Part shown: one piece after another, positions 61,563 through 64,000 of the stretch
How positions within the stretch are numbered: position 1 is the first letter of the stretch
Layout of the letters: every line of letters begins with the position of its first letter
Source of the DNA: Dicyema japonicum
Taxonomy: Eukaryota > Animalia > Dicyemida
Direction of reading: 5' to 3'
NCBI GenBank assembly: GCA_011109175.1
Contig: RDEW01000025.1
Span: forward strand, 651,990-715,989
Length of the DNA: 64,000 bases
Made by a program: the position numbers and the translations under genes
The notes under the pieces: generated by a model
Told to the model about the DNA's origin: nothing
Seen by the model: the letters and a program-made list of their open reading frames with translations, nothing else
Databases searched by the model: none

Positions 61563-62360
61563 TATTATTATTCAATAACCTCGGGATCACCGAGAAAAAA
61601 GACAAAGTAAGTCGAACGGAAATGCCTTCTTTGATCCTTGCAGAGGAAGCCGATTGGGTAGCGCGAATCTCCACGCAGCAGAGCATATTCCACGGCCGAC
61701 GCGATTGTCTGGTGGTATATGGTTCCGATTGCTTTATTCATATTCACTGGGGTCTTATGGATGAGGGCCCGTGTGACATTCAATTTCTGTAGTTTTTTGG
61801 TGAAGACTTGTTTGGCATGGTAGGTAAATTAAGCAGCCTGTCGTATGTCACTCCAAGATTGAGGGGTTTCTTGTGACAGGTACCGAGTATGTCGATGAAA
61901 ATTTCTGGTTTTCTTGGACCGCCAGTCGGAGGTGAATAGAGTGCATGATGATTTTGGAGCCGATACCGAGAGACGGTTAGCTATCAAGTAATCATGGATA
62001 CAATCCACTTTCTTCTGTGAGTGAGACTGCTTCTGATGTCGAAACTGCTTCTTGCTGCAATGATGATATCGTCAGCATAAAAGCAGTAGGAAGTCCTCGT
62101 TAATGTCTGCTGGCAGGTCGTGGAAGAAAAGATTGAATAGAGTGGGGGCAAAGGCGAACCTTGGGGCACTCCGTTTGGTAGTAAACGTGATCTGAGGTAA
62201 CCACAGATGACCTTCCCACGTCCTTCAGAAAAAATTGGCCAGCCATAGTTTCAAGTTAAGGCGAATTTTTGAATCAAAGATTTTTCCAATTAATGTTTCC
62301 TCGGTACCGAGTCAAACGCCTTGTTGATGTCAATCGAGACCATTGTTGTCCACATGTGTT
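61563..62360 (-). mobile_element. Jockey/I-like LINE, RT to 3' end
   Basis: IDINKAFD, VPQGSPL, FYADDII, ILGVTYD; tail CTCGGTGATCCCGAGGTT-ATTG(AAT)n. Confidence 0.85.
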
Positions 62361-62576
62361 TTGTGTAGTATGTAGTGTTTTGTTCCATCCAAAATGAACT
62401 GTGAAAGCGTTGATAAGAAAGTCGTGGTTGATTTTCCTTATTTAGATAGTTTTTTTTTACAGGTCAATAGACTTTCAATTATGATCAACTCTCTTTTATT
62501 AAATAATAATCTTACAATAGTAAAAATAATTAAATATAATATATAATTAAAATTTGAATTTTATTATTTTGTCGTA

Positions 62577-64000
62577 ATGTCTTTAGTTAACAACGTTAAT
62601 GAGAATGGACAAGTAAAATGTATAGTTTGTCATCGAGGTGTTAAAAAGTGTAAATTTTCTCTTGCAATGAACGGATCTGTTCAACACATTTGCAGCCGTG
62701 ACTGTCTTTCTTCATTCGTCAGTCTCCGAATTTTATCTAGACTCTGAAAATAAAATTTCAAGCTCTCAATGTGAACTCTGTGGACAACCAATATTTAAAA
62801 ATGAACACAAATGGCATTTTATGGGTTTTTGTAGTCAGACATGTCTCATATCATATCAACAAAAGTGTACGGCCGCCCAGTGTTTTTTGTGTGGTGGAAC
62901 TGCGGAAGGAGCTTCTCAGAATTTGATAATTTCATTCAGAGCGGGCGAATCCCTATCTGATCGTCTATTCTGTCGATTTTGTTCAAACACGTGTTTACAT
63001 GCATTTGGTGAGCAGTCATTCATTTGTCGAAGATGTCACCGGCCAATACCTATGGAAATGATATCAACGGAGACTGACGTATTTGCAGACATTGTGGATA
63101 ATAATGGACTTAGTTATTTTTGTTCCCTTGAATGTTTTTCCTCCATCAGAGTCTGCAGTAATGATGCTGACATGTCTGAGAGAAGAGTTCAACGTTCTTT
63201 GGATGTTGTCGTTAAACGAAAGGCCCATTGTTCTATTTGCGGTAAACATGACTTCCCTCATCATGAAGTGAGTGTTGATGATAAGGTATTTGATTATCAT
63301 ATGGTAGATGCATTCTATATGTTCTGATGAGTGTTTTGATAAATTTAGACTACAAAATGTTGGTGCTAACGTGCACATGTGTGATCAATGTTCTACCTTG
63401 TGTGACTCTAGTAAACATTCAAACACTTTGTCTGCACATTTTGGCAGTAAAGATCACTTTTTCTGTGCAGAGCAATGCTTTATTCTATTTAAGGCAACCA
63501 GTCGTTCTTTCTCTTACTGTTTTCGGTAATTTTTATTATTTTATATGGGTGTTCCTCCAAAAGGGGAAAATATGGAATTCTTTATTTTAATTTTGGTGAT
63601 TCTAATATGAAATTATTCTGTAAACCTGATTGTTTGATAGATTATTGGCTGGAAATGTTTGAGGAAATAAATGTGAATTGTGATTGGTGTCAAAACAAAC
63701 TAACAACCCTAAATATTGTTCAGTAAGCAGTATTGGGAGTGTAAAATTATTTTGTGACCATTCATGTCTAGAAGAATACTTTGAAAACGGAGTAACTGAG
63801 AAACATCTAAAAAAATATAGAATAGAGGAGAATAAATGCAGTACTATAACATATTATATATTAGTAAATATGGATAGAGATGACATTTCTATTAGATATA
63901 AAAGGATAAACAAGACCGTTGACGGTTATATGCTTATATATTATTAGAATCATCAACCTGTTCTTATGAGTCATTCTCTGATTTAGATAATTCGGATCCA
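62577..64000 (+). CDS. MYM-type (TRASH/FCS) zinc-finger protein, ZMYM2/3/4/Woc-like; continues past the window
   Basis: At least seven CxxC..(F/I)CSxxC units: CIVC..ICSRDC, CELC..FCSQTC, CFLC..FCSNTC, CRRC..FCSLEC, CSIC..ICSDEC, CDQC..FCAEQC, CDWC..FCDHSC. Confidence 0.85.

Noticed and set aside
4388-63378. Many 60-140-aa antisense or alternative-frame ORFs in the ORF track (for example 4388-4702, 6421-6723, 30757-31059, 53221-53640, 63064-63378)
   Set aside because: They overlap real exons or TE ORFs on the other strand or frame and carry no recognisable motifs.
1-64000. Prokaryotic-type systems (CRISPR array, defence operons), rRNA or snRNA genes
   Set aside because: No regularly spaced repeat-spacer array, operon structure, rRNA or U-snRNA signature was found; the only long tandem array is the RPB1 CTD.

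Overview
Eukaryotic nuclear DNA, AT-rich and most likely from an animal (ZMYM/TRASH-finger gene, RTE/CRE/hAT elements). It is not prokaryotic: no operons or CRISPR arrays. Recognisable host genes are SNRNP200/Brr2, RIOK2, POLR2A/RPB1, an EXD3/MUT-7-like exonuclease, ZNF622/Rei1, RNF121/175, a ZMYM-type protein running off the right end, and tRNA-Glu(TTC). There are also an IQ-motif ORF and a few orphan candidates. The genes are split by dozens of ultrashort GT-AG introns (mostly 21-28 nt, mode about 23 nt) with very degenerate 5' splice sites. This resembles what is reported for dicyemid mesozoans (taxon is inference). Intergenic DNA is packed with decayed mobile elements: about 10 CRE-like RLE retrotransposon remnants, R4-like elements, Jockey/I-like and RTE LINEs, several SINE families and a hAT fragment. 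Many of these share a common 3' terminus (GTGNTC-loop hairpin, GRGGTT, then an (AAT)n or A-rich tail). Essential genes carry scattered single-base indels, often in homopolymers, most simply explained by an imperfectly polished long-read assembly. Exon and element boundaries were placed by eye and are approximate.
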